A stretch of 38,129 bases of DNA from a virus (taxonomy: Duplodnaviria > Heunggongvirae > Uroviricota > Caudoviricetes), in IMG/VR virus record IMGVR_UViG_2627854098_000005, one strand, 5' to 3'. Below the pieces are notes generated by a model. That model ran no database searches. It saw nothing but the letters and a program-made list of their open reading frames with translations, and was not told where the DNA came from. Made by a program: the position numbers and the translations under genes. Positions 1 to 10,592 of this stretch are shown here, one piece after another (position 1 is the first letter of the stretch; each line of letters starts with the position of its first letter).

Positions 1-288
1 TCAATGGTTGGCGTCATTATCTTTTTCTCTTTCTGAACGTGAATATTGCGGTGGATGGTTCATCAGCTGTGGGGCAAGACGTTTTGCCACCTGAAGAATA
101 ACCACCACCGCAGCGGGAAGCATGAGCAAAACACCGAGAAAAATCATCAGAATCTGCACTTCTGGCCGAGAAAATGGCTCAGGTAGCGACAGGGAGTCGC
201 TTACCGACAGCAGCGCCACCGCCAGCAACATCATTCCGATAAATTCCAGTATCAACACGCTTTTAGGCAATTTACCGATCGCGCGCAT
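1..288 (-). CDS. ybjC: small inner-membrane protein YbjC (DUF1418), complete 95 aa
   Basis: Full ORF with stop at 1..3; hydrophobic 95-aa product matching recalled YbjC; divergent from grxA as in the E. coli chromosome. Confidence 0.75.
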   Translation of the reverse strand: MRAIGKLPKSVLILEFIGMMLLAVALLSVSDSLSLPEPFSRPEVQILMIFLGVLLMLPAAVVVILQVAKRLAPQLMNHPPQYSRSEREKDNDANH

Positions 289-447
289 ACGCTTCCCTCT
301 GCAAAGTGAGCCTTCAGTCTAAAACTTTTCACTGTATTGTGTTTAACAGTTATAGCTTTTATCAATTAATGCAACAGGTTAAACCTACTTTCAGCGAATA
401 CATTTTAGCGTGATCATTACAGGCATAAATCTATGAGGAGAGAAATA

Positions 448-705
448 ATGCAAACCGTTATTTTTGGTCGTCCGGGTTGCCCTTACTGTGTGCGTGCAAA
501 AGATCTGGCTGAGAAATTGAGCAATGAACGCGATGATTTCCAGTATCAGTATGTAGATATTCGTGCGGAAGGGATCACTAAAGAAGATCTACAACAAAAG
601 GCAGGTAAACCCGTAGAAACCGTGCCGCAGATTTTTGTCGATCAGCAACATATCGGCGGCTATACCGATTTTGCTGCATGGGCGAAAGAGAATCTGGACG
701 CCTGA
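448..705 (+). CDS. grxA: glutaredoxin 1
   Basis: Product MQTVIFGRPGCPYCV... with CPYC active site, 85 aa; ATG at 448 preferred over the upstream in-frame ATG at 433. Confidence 0.9.
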   Translation: MQTVIFGRPGCPYCVRAKDLAEKLSNERDDFQYQYVDIRAEGITKEDLQQKAGKPVETVPQIFVDQQHIGGYTDFAAWAKENLDA

Positions 706-1113
706 TCGTCTGACAAGCCCTCGCGTTGAGGGCTTTATTGATTTTTTTCTGTGCTGTGGTTTAAACAAACTACTGATAAATAAGAAACACAATGCCCCCA
801 GCGCACACCAGAACACCGCACTTAATAACCATGCCAGCTCTTGCCAGAATGAGCGCGTCGGTGAAAAAAACAGCCGTATAATGAGCATCGAACAGGGTGC
901 CGCCAGCATTGCGCCAAACAGAGGTTTCAGGACTTCTCTACGATGTGAAAAGAAGCTGGCAACTGCACCAGGAAGAATGAAAAATAGCAAACCGATTTCA
1001 GGATGCCCGGCAGCCCGAAAAGCGCCTTTCATGTGCGTCGCCAGAAAAAGACACACCACAATGAAGAGGACAAAACAGCAGATTGCCCCCGCCCAACGTT
1101 GTTTATGTTTCAC
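589..1113 (-). CDS. ybjM: inner membrane protein YbjM, with an apparent C-terminal read-through extension
   Basis: 174-aa ORF as read; the first ~123 aa are a hydrophobic YbjM-like protein, then the frame runs through the homopolymer at 742..748 and the grxA terminator and overlaps the grxA 3' end. Confidence 0.6.
   Translation of the reverse strand: MKHKQRWAGAICCFVLFIVVCLFLATHMKGAFRAAGHPEIGLLFFILPGAVASFFSHRREVLKPLFGAMLAAPCSMLIIRLFFSPTRSFWQELAWLLSAVFWCALGALCFLFISSLFKPQHRKKSIKPSTRGLVRRSGVQILFRPCSKIGIAADMLLIDKNLRHGFYGFTCLLL
715..748. terminator. rho-independent terminator downstream of grxA
   Basis: GC-rich hairpin aaGCCCTCgcgttGAGGGCtt followed by a T-run (7 T at 742..748). Confidence 0.6.
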
Positions 1114-1382
1114 TCGTTCCTCCTGACACTGCGTCTATCGAACACATTTTTCGCCAGTGTGGCGTTCAGTAAGATAAAGCCGCTTCGCATTCCATGCTAA
1201 TATAGGCCAACGCAATTCATATAGCCGTTGATACCTAATGTGATTACACTAGTAAAATATATTGTTACTTTACTATCTTTTAGGTGCGCTGAATGAATCT
1301 GCGCCCTGAATTCTGGTAAAAAACATTATCGTAAATTACCATTTCTTTCAACAGCTTACTAGTAAACAAGAAGTTAGCCTCC

Positions 1383-3068
1383 GTGAATATAAACGTCGCC
1401 GAATTGTTAAATGGGAATTACATTCTGTTATTATTTGTGGTCCTCGCGCTTGGGCTATGTCTCGGGAAATTACGACTTGGTTCGATCCAACTGGGTAATT
1501 CCATTGGCGTTTTAGTCGTATCGCTGTTATTAGGCCAACAACATTTCAGCATTAACACCGACGCGCTTAATCTTGGCTTTATGCTGTTTATTTTCTGCGT
1601 CGGGGTCGAAGCCGGACCGAACTTTTTTTCCATTTTTTTTCGCGATGGGAAAAATTACCTAATGTTAGCACTGGTGATGGTTGGCAGTGCGCTGGTGATC
1701 GCCTTAGGGTTAGGTAAGCTGTTTGGCTGGGATATTGGCCTGACGGCCGGTATGTTAGCTGGCTCTATGACGTCGACACCGGTTCTGGTCGGTGCTGGCG
1801 ATACACTGCGTCATTCCGGCATGGAAAGCAGGCAGCTCTCACTGGCACTGGATAATCTGAGCCTCGGGTATGCCTTAACCTATTTAATCGGTCTGGTGAG
1901 TTTGATTGTTGGTGCGCGTTACTTGCCGAAATTGCAGCATCAGGACTTACAGACCAGCGCCCAGCAAATCGCCCGCGAACGTGGCCTGGACACTGATGCC
2001 AACCGTAAGGTTTATTTACCGGTGATCCGCGCCTACCGCGTCGGCCCGGAGCTGGTGGCCTGGACCGACGGCAAAAATCTGCGTGAACTGGGTATTTATC
2101 GACAAACTGGCTGCTACATTGAACGTATTCGACGTAACGGGATTCTGGCGAATCCAGACGGTGATGCTGTGCTACAAATGGGCGATGAAATAGCGTTGGT
2201 AGGCTATCCCGACGCCCACGCACGACTCGATCCCAGCTTCCGTAACGGCAAAGAAGTTTTCGATCGTGACCTTCTCGACATGCGTATCGTCACTGAAGAA
2301 GTGGTCGTTAAAAACCATAACGCCGTGGGCAAACGTCTCGCACAACTGAAGTTGACCGATCACGGTTGCTTCCTTAACCGCGTCATTCGTAGCCAGATTG
2401 AGATGCCGATAGATGACAACGTCGTGCTTAACAAAGGTGACGTTTTACAAGTCAGCGGCGATGCCCGTCGCGTAAAAACCATCGCCGATCGCATCGGCTT
2501 TATCTCGATTCACAGCCAGGTCACTGACTTGCTGGCATTCTGCGCCTTCTTTGTTATTGGGCTGATGATCGGGATGATCACCTTCCAGTTCAGCACATTC
2601 AGTTTCGGCATGGGGAACGCTGCCGGGTTGTTATTCGCCGGAATTATGCTGGGATTTATGCGCGCTAACCACCCGACCTTCGGTTACATTCCGCAGGGTG
2701 CATTAAGCATGGTGAAAGAGTTCGGCTTAATGGTGTTTATGGCAGGCGTTGGTCTGAGCGCCGGTAGCGGTATTAATAACGGCCTGGGCGCGATTGGCGG
2801 TCAGATGTTGATTGCCGGATTGATTGTCAGTCTTGTGCCAGTGGTTATCTGTTTCTTGTTCGGTGCTTATGTATTGCGAATGAACCGCGCACTGTTGTTC
2901 GGCGCAATGATGGGCGCACGCACCTGCGCGCCGGCAATGGAGATCATCAGTGATACAGCTCGCAGTAACATCCCGGCGCTGGGCTATGCGGGCACCTATG
3001 CAATCGCCAACGTCCTGCTGACGCTGGCAGGGACAATCATCGTCATGGTATGGCCAGGATTAGGATAA
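1383..3068 (+). CDS. ybjL: putative AAE-family transporter YbjL with two internal TrkA-C/RCK_C-like domains
   Basis: 561-aa ORF from a GTG start; hydrophobic N- and C-terminal halves around a soluble central region; matches recalled YbjL. Confidence 0.85.
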
Positions 3069-3180
3069 AACTGAAGTTGCCCTGAAAATGAAATTTTTTT
3101 GCACAACCGCAGAACTTTTCCGCAGGGCATCAGTCTTAATTAGTGCCACTGCTTTTCTTTGATGTCCCCATTTTGTGGAG

Positions 3181-3224
3181 CCCATCAACCCCGCCATTTC
3201 GGTTCAAGGTTGATGGGTTTTTTG
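3181..3224 (+). terminator. rho-independent terminator downstream of ybjL
   Basis: Stem CCCATCAACC (3181..3190) pairs with GGTTGATGGG (3208..3217), followed by TTTTTTG. Confidence 0.6.
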
Positions 3225-3303
3225 TTGCCTGAAATTTAAGATGTTTAAAATCATGATGTTAGAAGCACTGTTTTTTAACGATGGCGACAAAATGGCGGCA
3301 GCG

Positions 3304-3522
3304 TCAAAGAGAGAGCGCCACCTGTCCTGATTTCATTGGATGCGGCTGAACTGGATTCGACTCTTTTGGTGTTGCAATCGAACGAACAAAAGTTTCATGG
3401 GTAACAAAAGTATGGCTGCAGTTAATGTTCTGGCACTGGTTATAACGCTCTTTGGTCAATGAAGATACCTGAAAACTGCTGCGAGTATGGGCGGCACTTC
3501 CACACAGTGGGCAAATCATCAT
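3304..3522 (-). CDS. ogr: late-gene transcriptional activator, Ogr/B family C4 zinc finger
   Basis: Product ...MMICPLCGSAAHTRSS...YNQCQNINCSHTFVTHE with CxxC...CxxxxC pattern like P2 Ogr / 186 B; start placed at the ATG at 3522 (track ORF extends to 3555); sits after D at the prophage end. Confidence 0.75.
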   Translation of the reverse strand: MMICPLCGSAAHTRSSFQVSSLTKERYNQCQNINCSHTFVTHETFVRSIATPKESNPVQPHPMKSGQVALSL

Positions 3523-3612
3523 TTTTCGAGTTCTCCCCATTTTTGCTAAATTCACAACAATGATACCGTATTATTCCATTTTGCAAACTTAAAAGTTCTC
3601 CATTGCGAAGAA

Positions 3613-4713
3613 TCATTCCATTTCGAAATCATCAATCCTCACTTCAAGCTCCAGACTGGTCGTAAAACCGTTATCCGGGCTGACGGTATGTGTCAGGGTG
3701 GTAATGGTCCATTCCGCATCATCTATCGGCTGTTTAAAGCCGCTGACCTTCACAGGCATTTCCGTGTAGAGATCCGCCCGACCTTCCGCCAGTTGTAGCG
3801 AGAATGACGCAACACCGCGTTGCAGGCGTTCCCACTGCATTTTCGCTGCCCGTTCGGCGTTACTCCGATTAGCATAGGTGCGATTAAGTACCAGCACGTT
3901 TTCATCCGTCCCCACCAGGTAATCGCCCTGCTTCGCTTCCGGCTCTTTCTTCTGCTTCTTAGTCCTGCGCTTACGCTTCACCGTGGTGCTTTTTTTCTTC
4001 GCGGGTTCGCGGGTATGCAACCAGCTGGCTATTACACCCGTGTAAGCTCCGCGATCCGCCAGGGTAAAGCGGTGACTGTCGCCGTCCTTACGTGTGATAG
4101 TGATCACCGGTAGTGGTTTACCGCTGGCGCTTTTACCCTGTCCCTGCCGGATGAATAACAGATTGCCATTTTTCACCGACGCAATAGCACCGTACTGTCG
4201 CGCCAGCCGCATCAGAAAACTGCCGTCACTCTCATTAGTCTGGTCTATATGCTCCACGGGCTTATCCGACAGGTCTTTACCCAGTGCCATCTTCAGCTTG
4301 TGCCGCGCGGCTATTTCCTTCACCACTTCCCCGATGGTGGTGTTATGCCACGATTTTTCACGGCGGGTATTCAGCGTTTCACGAAAATCAGCACTTCGCG
4401 CCCGGATAGTCAGGCGGTCCGGTGCGCCAGTGTGTTCAATCTCGTCCACCGTGAATGCCCCTTTCGGGAAAAGCGGCAGCCCCTTCCAGCCCAGCGCCAG
4501 CGTAATGACCGCACCACGGCGCGGCAGCACGATTTTTCCGTCGGCGTCGTCCAGCTCCAGATCAAGCTGGTCCGCTTCAAAGCCCCGATTGTCCGCCAGC
4601 GTCAGACTCATCAGACGGTTATCTAGCACAGTGGTGATATCCCTGCCCTCAATACTGATACTGAATGCCGGAGTTTTGTTGCCTTTGTTAAGCAGTTCAG
4701 AGCTGAAATTCAT
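3613..4713 (-). CDS. D: tail protein D (P2 gpD family)
   Basis: 366-aa product, last gene of the FI-FII-E-T-U-D tail block; family recognised from sequence and synteny. Confidence 0.8.
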   Translation of the reverse strand: MNFSSELLNKGNKTPAFSISIEGRDITTVLDNRLMSLTLADNRGFEADQLDLELDDADGKIVLPRRGAVITLALGWKGLPLFPKGAFTVDEIEHTGAPDRLTIRARSADFRETLNTRREKSWHNTTIGEVVKEIAARHKLKMALGKDLSDKPVEHIDQTNESDGSFLMRLARQYGAIASVKNGNLLFIRQGQGKSASGKPLPVITITRKDGDSHRFTLADRGAYTGVIASWLHTREPAKKKSTTVKRKRRTKKQKKEPEAKQGDYLVGTDENVLVLNRTYANRSNAERAAKMQWERLQRGVASFSLQLAEGRADLYTEMPVKVSGFKQPIDDAEWTITTLTHTVSPDNGFTTSLELEVRIDDFEME

Positions 4714-5195
4714 GACAGCAGCCCTCCCACCGTTTTACTGATATCGCTTAAGGCAGATGTTGCCATGTCCTGCAGATTATTCAGCTGCGCACTGAGATCA
4801 CCAAACATATCGGACAGGGATTCATCCACCCGTTTGAGCGACAGGGTGAACTCAATCCGGCGCGGCATACCGTCGCGGAAAAACTCCGTTTTGGTCTGAT
4901 TCAGTCCCTCAATCACATACATGCCGTAAATCGTGCCGCTGCCTTCAATCAGGGGCCATGCTTTCCCCTGTTCTGCCATCTGCTCCAGTGCCAGCAATGA
5001 CAACCTGCCGCCTGTTATCTCCGGCATAAGAACACCAGAAAGCGTCAGCATGTCGTTGTCCGGTCCCAGAAACTGCGTGGATGGACGACGATTTACCCGA
5101 CTGTTAGCCGCATGTCGCCAGCTGCGCTGATACTGCAGTTCCTGATACGGCACGGTGCGCAGCATAAACACGTACAATCCCAGCACCATCATCAT
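4710..5195 (-). CDS. U: tail protein U (P2 gpU family)
   Basis: 161-aa product between tape measure and D; 4-nt overlap with D. Confidence 0.75.
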   Translation of the reverse strand: MMMVLGLYVFMLRTVPYQELQYQRSWRHAANSRVNRRPSTQFLGPDNDMLTLSGVLMPEITGGRLSLLALEQMAEQGKAWPLIEGSGTIYGMYVIEGLNQTKTEFFRDGMPRRIEFTLSLKRVDESLSDMFGDLSAQLNNLQDMATSALSDISKTVGGLLS

Positions 5196-8100
5196 GCGTC
5201 GTATCCCCCCTGATCGCTGTAGTTACTCCTGGCTTTTGCCTTCAGCCTGCGTTCACGTTCATCAAGCTGGCGGGCCACCTCCCGTGCAATATCCTGCGCA
5301 CTTTGTCCTGGCTGCGTCTGGATGATGATCTGCGTTGGTGCCTCAATCTGGTAAACGGGCGGCACAGTGACTGCGCGACTCACCATCGCTTCACCGCCTT
5401 TCGCGGGAAGCGCCAAAGGATGCAACGGTGGAAACTCTGCTGGCGCGGCAGCAACGCCCATCATTCCGGCGACAACCGCAGCCAGTGCAGCGGTATTTCT
5501 CCGGCTGGTCACGTTTGCCGGGCCATTGACAATTTCAGGCCCGTTTTCACCGACAATGCCAAACTGCCCGCGCGGGATATAGCCGCCGCGGTCATACATC
5601 CCCGCAAAGCCATATCCCCATGATGGAAAACCACCCGATGACATCATCACTTTACCGTCTGCATTCACCGTCACAGGTTGCTGACGCGTCACGCTTTCCG
5701 GCAGTTTTGCCTTTGCGGCCTCTTTACTGACAATGCCAAGTTTCTCCAGTAACCAGGAAACACCGGATTTCAGGGAGTCCAGCGGATGCATAACCATATT
5801 CAGCCCTTCCGCCAGTGCCTCCCCGAATCGTCGCCCCATTGCCGCTGCGCTCTGCAGTTCGGCAGAGGTCGACTTAACGGGCGTCAGCAGATCAGTAAAC
5901 CAGCCCCACAGCGCCTGTACTTTATCGCCAATCCACTGAAATACAGGCTTAAGTGGTTCGAATGCTGCACTGACGGGACCAGCCGCCGCTTTGAATCCTT
6001 CCACCACGCCACCGAGAAATGCGGTGATGGGTTGCCAGTATTTCCAGACAACCAGCGCCACGCCCGCCAGTGCAGTAACCACAAGACCTATCGGACTGAG
6101 CAGAGCACCTAACAGACCAGATATGGCATACAGGGCAACGCGCAGCATCGCCAGTGGACCAGATGCCAGTACTCGCAGCACCGTGCCTGCGGCGGCCAGT
6201 CCACCGCGCAGTACCGCCAGAGGATTCATAAACATCACAGCAACAGCACGTAAACCGGATAATCCAGACCGCAAAAGTGCAACCGGCGCACCTGCTACAG
6301 TTTTCAGGACATTTCCCGTCAGTGATGCCGTGCGGCGCAAAGACGACAACGGCGCAGTAAGTAAACCTGCGGCGTTGCCCGATGAAGCAAGCCCGCGTCG
6401 CAGCAGTGCCAGTGGTGCGCCAGCCAGCCAGGATAACGCGCTGCTGGTTCGAGTTACTGCTGCCGTAACGGAAGATAACGTTTTGATACCCAACACAGAG
6501 AATCCCAGACGGATCACTGCCAGCGGCCCCAGCACTGCAGCCAGCGCCACCGCTAAGGTGCCGAGGCCGACGGTAACCGCAGCCACAACAGCCGATGCTT
6601 TCATCAGTGTGCCTGTCAGTTCCGGGTTAGCTTCCACCCAGCGACGCAACGCCCCCGTGACGCTTTTCACCGTGTACAGAATATCCATCAGCGGCTGGCG
6701 CAGCGTTTCGCCCAGGCTGCTGAAGGTGTTCTGCGCTCCGGTTTTGACCAGCAACCACTGCGCAGAAAGTGAATCCTTGTTAATGTCGGATTCTTTCTGC
6801 ATGGAGCCGAGCGCATCATTGCCCGCTGTCAGTTTTAACTGACGCTGCAGTTCCGGCAGGTTGTTTGCCAGTTTCGCCGCGTCATCGCCAAACTCTTTAC
6901 CAAACAACATAGTCATGGCAGACAGGCGCTTGTCCTGCGGCAGCGCGTTTACCTTCTCCAGCACGCGCTGGATGGTTCCCATCGCATCCTTCGTCATCTG
7001 CTTTTCAATCACTTCAGGATTGAGTTTCAGCAGATTCATCCCTTCAAAGAAACTCTTGCTTTGCATGGTGGCAATGGACAATTCACGCACCATCGCGTTT
7101 GCTGCACTGGCTGCAACCTCTGGCGCAGCGCCCAGTGTCAGGAAGGTGGAACCCAGCGCCGCCGCTTTACGATAATCCAGACGGTCAGCCACACCGCCCA
7201 GACGTTGCATCACATCAATGATGTCTGCCCCTTTCGACATGGCGTTATCATCCAGATAGTTCAGCGCATCACCGAGCTGTTCAATATTGCGGGTGGGGAT
7301 TTTGTAGAGCTGGGCGATTTTCCCCAGACTTTCTGACAGTTCATCCGCTGGCAGCTCAAAGGCTGTTGCCGCCTTTGCTGCCGTACTGGCGAAGGCCAGC
7401 AGGTCACGTTTCTGATCTTCCCAGCTGTCGTCAGGGTTTGCGACGTTCATGCGCGCACCACCTTCAACCAGTGCAGCGAAGTCCACCGCACCGTTTTCCA
7501 TCGGCAACTGTTCGCTGGCAGCCTTGATGGCATCCTGCATTTCATAAAAACGTGCAGTGCGGTTGCCATTATCGTCACGCAGACCATTGACCTGCTTTGC
7601 CACACCTTTCATGGCATCTTCCATGCTGGTATAGCTTTTTACTGCCGCCATCACTGGCGCACCCATTGCCAGCCCTGCAGCCGTGGTGGTGGCTCCGGCA
7701 CCTGCAATACGATCACGCACCTCCAGCGAACGGGCATAACTGGCACGCGCTGCATTCATCCTGCGCTGAGCTTCCCCCAGTCGCTTCAGCCGCGCCTCCT
7801 GTTTCGAAAGTTCCTGGTTATAACGTGATGTTTCACGGGCTAAACGGGCAGTTGCTCCCGCATCGTCTTTCGCAGAAATTCCCGCCCGGTACAGTTCAGC
7901 ACGCACAAGCGCCGTCTGCTGCTGCAGCTTTTTCTGGCGTTCTTCCAGGCGCTGAACAGCCAGCCGTTGACGGCCCAGAGCAACAACCTGACGTTGCGAA
8001 GGCGGCCCCATCGCTCCCAGTTCCTGACTGAGCAAATTTGCACGCTGGCGGGCATAGTTCAGCCTGTCGCCTAATTTCTGATTTTCTGCCTGCAGCTTTC

Positions 8101-8269
8101 GGAAGCTGTCCAGACTGCTCCCGGCCTGATCAAGCTGCTTTATTGCATCGCGGGATTTTTTGACAGCAGCAGCCAGTTCTCTTGAACTGGCCTGCGCAGA
8201 TCGAAATGGACGGGTGAGCTTGTCAACCGCATTAAGAATGACCTGCAGACGCAGGTTGTTATCACTCAT
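5192..8269 (-). CDS. T: tail tape measure protein
   Basis: 1025-aa Ala/Gly/Leu-rich product with coiled-coil N-terminal region and repetitive hydrophobic segments; position after E/E'. Confidence 0.85.
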   Translation of the reverse strand: MSDNNLRLQVILNAVDKLTRPFRSAQASSRELAAAVKKSRDAIKQLDQAGSSLDSFRKLQAENQKLGDRLNYARQRANLLSQELGAMGPPSQRQVVALGRQRLAVQRLEERQKKLQQQTALVRAELYRAGISAKDDAGATARLARETSRYNQELSKQEARLKRLGEAQRRMNAARASYARSLEVRDRIAGAGATTTAAGLAMGAPVMAAVKSYTSMEDAMKGVAKQVNGLRDDNGNRTARFYEMQDAIKAASEQLPMENGAVDFAALVEGGARMNVANPDDSWEDQKRDLLAFASTAAKAATAFELPADELSESLGKIAQLYKIPTRNIEQLGDALNYLDDNAMSKGADIIDVMQRLGGVADRLDYRKAAALGSTFLTLGAAPEVAASAANAMVRELSIATMQSKSFFEGMNLLKLNPEVIEKQMTKDAMGTIQRVLEKVNALPQDKRLSAMTMLFGKEFGDDAAKLANNLPELQRQLKLTAGNDALGSMQKESDINKDSLSAQWLLVKTGAQNTFSSLGETLRQPLMDILYTVKSVTGALRRWVEANPELTGTLMKASAVVAAVTVGLGTLAVALAAVLGPLAVIRLGFSVLGIKTLSSVTAAVTRTSSALSWLAGAPLALLRRGLASSGNAAGLLTAPLSSLRRTASLTGNVLKTVAGAPVALLRSGLSGLRAVAVMFMNPLAVLRGGLAAAGTVLRVLASGPLAMLRVALYAISGLLGALLSPIGLVVTALAGVALVVWKYWQPITAFLGGVVEGFKAAAGPVSAAFEPLKPVFQWIGDKVQALWGWFTDLLTPVKSTSAELQSAAAMGRRFGEALAEGLNMVMHPLDSLKSGVSWLLEKLGIVSKEAAKAKLPESVTRQQPVTVNADGKVMMSSGGFPSWGYGFAGMYDRGGYIPRGQFGIVGENGPEIVNGPANVTSRRNTAALAAVVAGMMGVAAAPAEFPPLHPLALPAKGGEAMVSRAVTVPPVYQIEAPTQIIIQTQPGQSAQDIAREVARQLDERERRLKAKARSNYSDQGGYDA

Positions 8270-8698
8270 CGTTGGCCCCGCTTCTCTGAATCGCTTTATA
8301 CCGCCATTCCAGCACTTCGGTCAGCGGCATAACGTCAGTAACGGATGGCGGCCAGTGAAAAATGGTGGCGATATCTGCCACCAGATCGTCAACCGTCAGG
8401 CTGTCGGTAAACCGGCAAGCACCGACTTCTTCAACAAAAAAGTGACAACCTCAACCGACATGGCAGTGAGATCTGCCGGGTCCATCTCTGCAATTTCCTG
8501 TGCAGTCAGTGCCGGACTGGAGATGCGGGGGATCACGGTCATCATCGCGTTTACATCCATATCCATAATGGCCTGCAGGCGTGTACCGCGCAGCGCACCG
8601 GACTGCGGTTTACGCAGCACAATTTCGGTGATTTCTGTTTTACCGCGCTTGATGGGGGTATCCAGTTGAATGGTCTTTTCAGTCTGCTTATCGCTCAT
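8262..8698 (-). CDS. tail assembly chaperone E+E' fusion made by programmed -1 frameshift
   Basis: Hand translation of the -1 frame from the T-TTT-TTG slip site is open for 58 codons (VEEVGACRFTDSLTVDDLVADIATIFSWPPSVTDVMPLTEVLGWRYKAIQRSGANDE) and ends at a stop at 8262..8264, overlapping the tape-measure start. Confidence 0.6.
8396..8698 (-). CDS. E: tail assembly chaperone E
   Basis: 100-aa ORF directly upstream of the tape measure; contains the slippery run TTTTTTG on the coding strand at 8435..8441. Confidence 0.75.
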   Translation of the reverse strand: MSDKQTEKTIQLDTPIKRGKTEITEIVLRKPQSGALRGTRLQAIMDMDVNAMMTVIPRISSPALTAQEIAEMDPADLTAMSVEVVTFLLKKSVLAGLPTA

Positions 8699-8752
8699 TT
8701 TGCTGTCCTGTCAATTGGGTTCTGGCGCGGTATCCCGCGCCGTTCAGATATA

Positions 8753-9268
8753 TCAGAGGCCGAGGGCGTTGCGGTGCGCTTCCATCAGGTCCACACCGTC
8801 CACAATTTCCACCATGTTGATAAGGTCCACTTCATAGAGCACCTCACCATTGATGGTCAGCTTCGCGTAGCTGTTGGTACTGGTCACTTTGGTGGTGTTG
8901 CTTTCGCCCGTCTTCCACTCGCCGGAATCCACTTCTTTGTGACGTCCACGCACGACAAGCTCCACGGCCTGCACTTCCCCGGTATCGTCACGCTGAATAG
9001 AGCCGGTAAAGCGCAGCTGGATGCCATCCACCGTGGCTTTACCCATCTGTTTAAACAGCAGCAATTCAGTACCACCAATGGAAAATTCTGTGTCCAGCGC
9101 ACTGTCATCAAGCCCCAGATCCACATCCACCGCACCCGGCATTCCGCCGCCGCGATACTTCTCATATTTGCGGGTAAATTTCGGCAGCGTCAGCGACTCA
9201 ACGATCCCCTGCCAGTTGTTCCCGTCGTTAAACAGGTTCAGGTGTTTTAATTTGCGTGGTAAAGCCAT
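8753..9268 (-). CDS. FII: tail tube protein FII
   Basis: 171-aa product immediately downstream of the sheath gene. Confidence 0.8.
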   Translation of the reverse strand: MALPRKLKHLNLFNDGNNWQGIVESLTLPKFTRKYEKYRGGGMPGAVDVDLGLDDSALDTEFSIGGTELLLFKQMGKATVDGIQLRFTGSIQRDDTGEVQAVELVVRGRHKEVDSGEWKTGESNTTKVTSTNSYAKLTINGEVLYEVDLINMVEIVDGVDLMEAHRNALGL

Positions 9269-9277
9269 GTTGTCCCC

Positions 9278-10450
9278 TTACGCGCTGACCTGGCTGGCGA
9301 AATTCACCAGGTACTGATCGGTGATGCGCTGACGCAGCATCAGGTTTTCAAGTGGCGGCACTGGCGTGTAGTCGTAGTCGATGGTGAGTTTTCCGGCTTT
9401 CAGCGTGTCTTTGTCGTTCACCGACTCATCCAGCCAGCAATCACCACCAATGAGATAGCCCTGACTGACCAGGCTGCGCATTTTGGCGCGGATACCTTCG
9501 ATAATGTCGCGGGCCAGCGACGGGTTAAGCGGTTTATCCACCGCCCACATGTGTGCTTCTGCCATCGTGTCCATCAGCACCTGCGCCGTGCGGGTGTAGT
9601 TTTCGAAGGCAAAGAGCGGGTCATCACTCAGGCAGCGGGAACCCCAGAAGCGGAAACCGTCTTTACGCACAAGCGTGGTGACGTCGTTCTGGTTCAGCAG
9701 ACCTGCATCGGTTGCCGGGTCCTGCAGATCCCAGAACACATCTGCAGAAATTCCGGTGACACCGTTCACGCCCACGTTGGAAAGGCTTTTGTGCCATCCG
9801 GTCTGCTCGTCAATTTTGGCGCGCAGACCAAGTGCACGGGCGGTGGCATATGCCGTTGCTTCGGCATTCAGCACCGTGTCCCAGCCAGTAAAGTCAGGCC
9901 AGATCAGCATCCCTTCGCGCTGGCTGAAGTTTTCGCGGTAAGTGATCGCCTCCTGCACTGTCTTGCAGCCATACGCTGACAGGTAAGCAAATCCACGCAG
10001 GCTTTGCGCCACGCTCAGCAACTCAGTAGCTACCGCCTTGGTGTCGTGGCCTGGCACGCCGAGAATGCGCGGTTTAACGCCGAGCTGTGACTGGGCAGAT
10101 AACAGGGCTTTCATACCTGTTTTTTTACCTTCAGCAGTCACTGCGCCGATGATATTGGTCGTGGTTTCGTCTTCCGTTTCACCCTGCGGCACACGCACAA
10201 CAATGGTCACGGGTTTTGCCTGGTCAGCGATGGCATCCAGCGAACGGGCCAGAGTACCTGACTCACCCGCTTTACTGCTGGCAGTCAGCACATCAGTGAT
10301 CAGCACGGGTTTATTAAGAGGAAACATTTTTGCATCGGCATCATCGCCCGTGCAGACCATACCCACGATGGCGGTGCTCACCGTGGTAATAGATCGGGTG
10401 CCTTCGTTGACTTCAACAACGCGCACCCCGTGGTGGTAATCCTGAGCCAT
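9278..10450 (-). CDS. FI: contractile tail sheath protein FI
   Basis: 390-aa product [13 protein letters not shown]...; first gene of the tail operon. Confidence 0.85.
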   Translation of the reverse strand: MAQDYHHGVRVVEVNEGTRSITTVSTAIVGMVCTGDDADAKMFPLNKPVLITDVLTASSKAGESGTLARSLDAIADQAKPVTIVVRVPQGETEDETTTNIIGAVTAEGKKTGMKALLSAQSQLGVKPRILGVPGHDTKAVATELLSVAQSLRGFAYLSAYGCKTVQEAITYRENFSQREGMLIWPDFTGWDTVLNAEATAYATARALGLRAKIDEQTGWHKSLSNVGVNGVTGISADVFWDLQDPATDAGLLNQNDVTTLVRKDGFRFWGSRCLSDDPLFAFENYTRTAQVLMDTMAEAHMWAVDKPLNPSLARDIIEGIRAKMRSLVSQGYLIGGDCWLDESVNDKDTLKAGKLTIDYDYTPVPPLENLMLRQRITDQYLVNFASQVSA

Positions 10451-10526
10451 AGTGGCGAACCTCCTGATTGGATTAGGCTTCGCCCTATGTTGAAGTGATT
10501 GTGCCTGACAAACAGCTAAGCGCAGT

Positions 10527-10544
10527 TGTGTCGTTATTCACACA
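10527..10544. promoter_or_regulatory. TGT-N12-ACA dyad, candidate Ogr-dependent late promoter element for the FI operon
   Basis: TGTgtcgttattcacACA read directly, about 80-95 nt upstream of the FI start codon. Confidence 0.45.
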
Positions 10545-10592
10545 AAATAACAGTATTTGTCTGCTTGCAGGGATAATCAACATAATGCTGAT

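Noticed and set aside
3225-3303. Attachment-site core sequence at the ogr-side junction
   Set aside because: Cannot be defined without the other prophage end, which lies outside the window; no direct repeat partner is available
5991-6842. 283-aa + strand ORF, plus several other + strand ORFs between 5303 and 8031, inside the tape-measure gene
   Set aside because: Antisense shadow ORFs inside a long GC-rich gene; Ala/Pro/Ser/Arg-rich low-complexity products; no ribosome-binding site context
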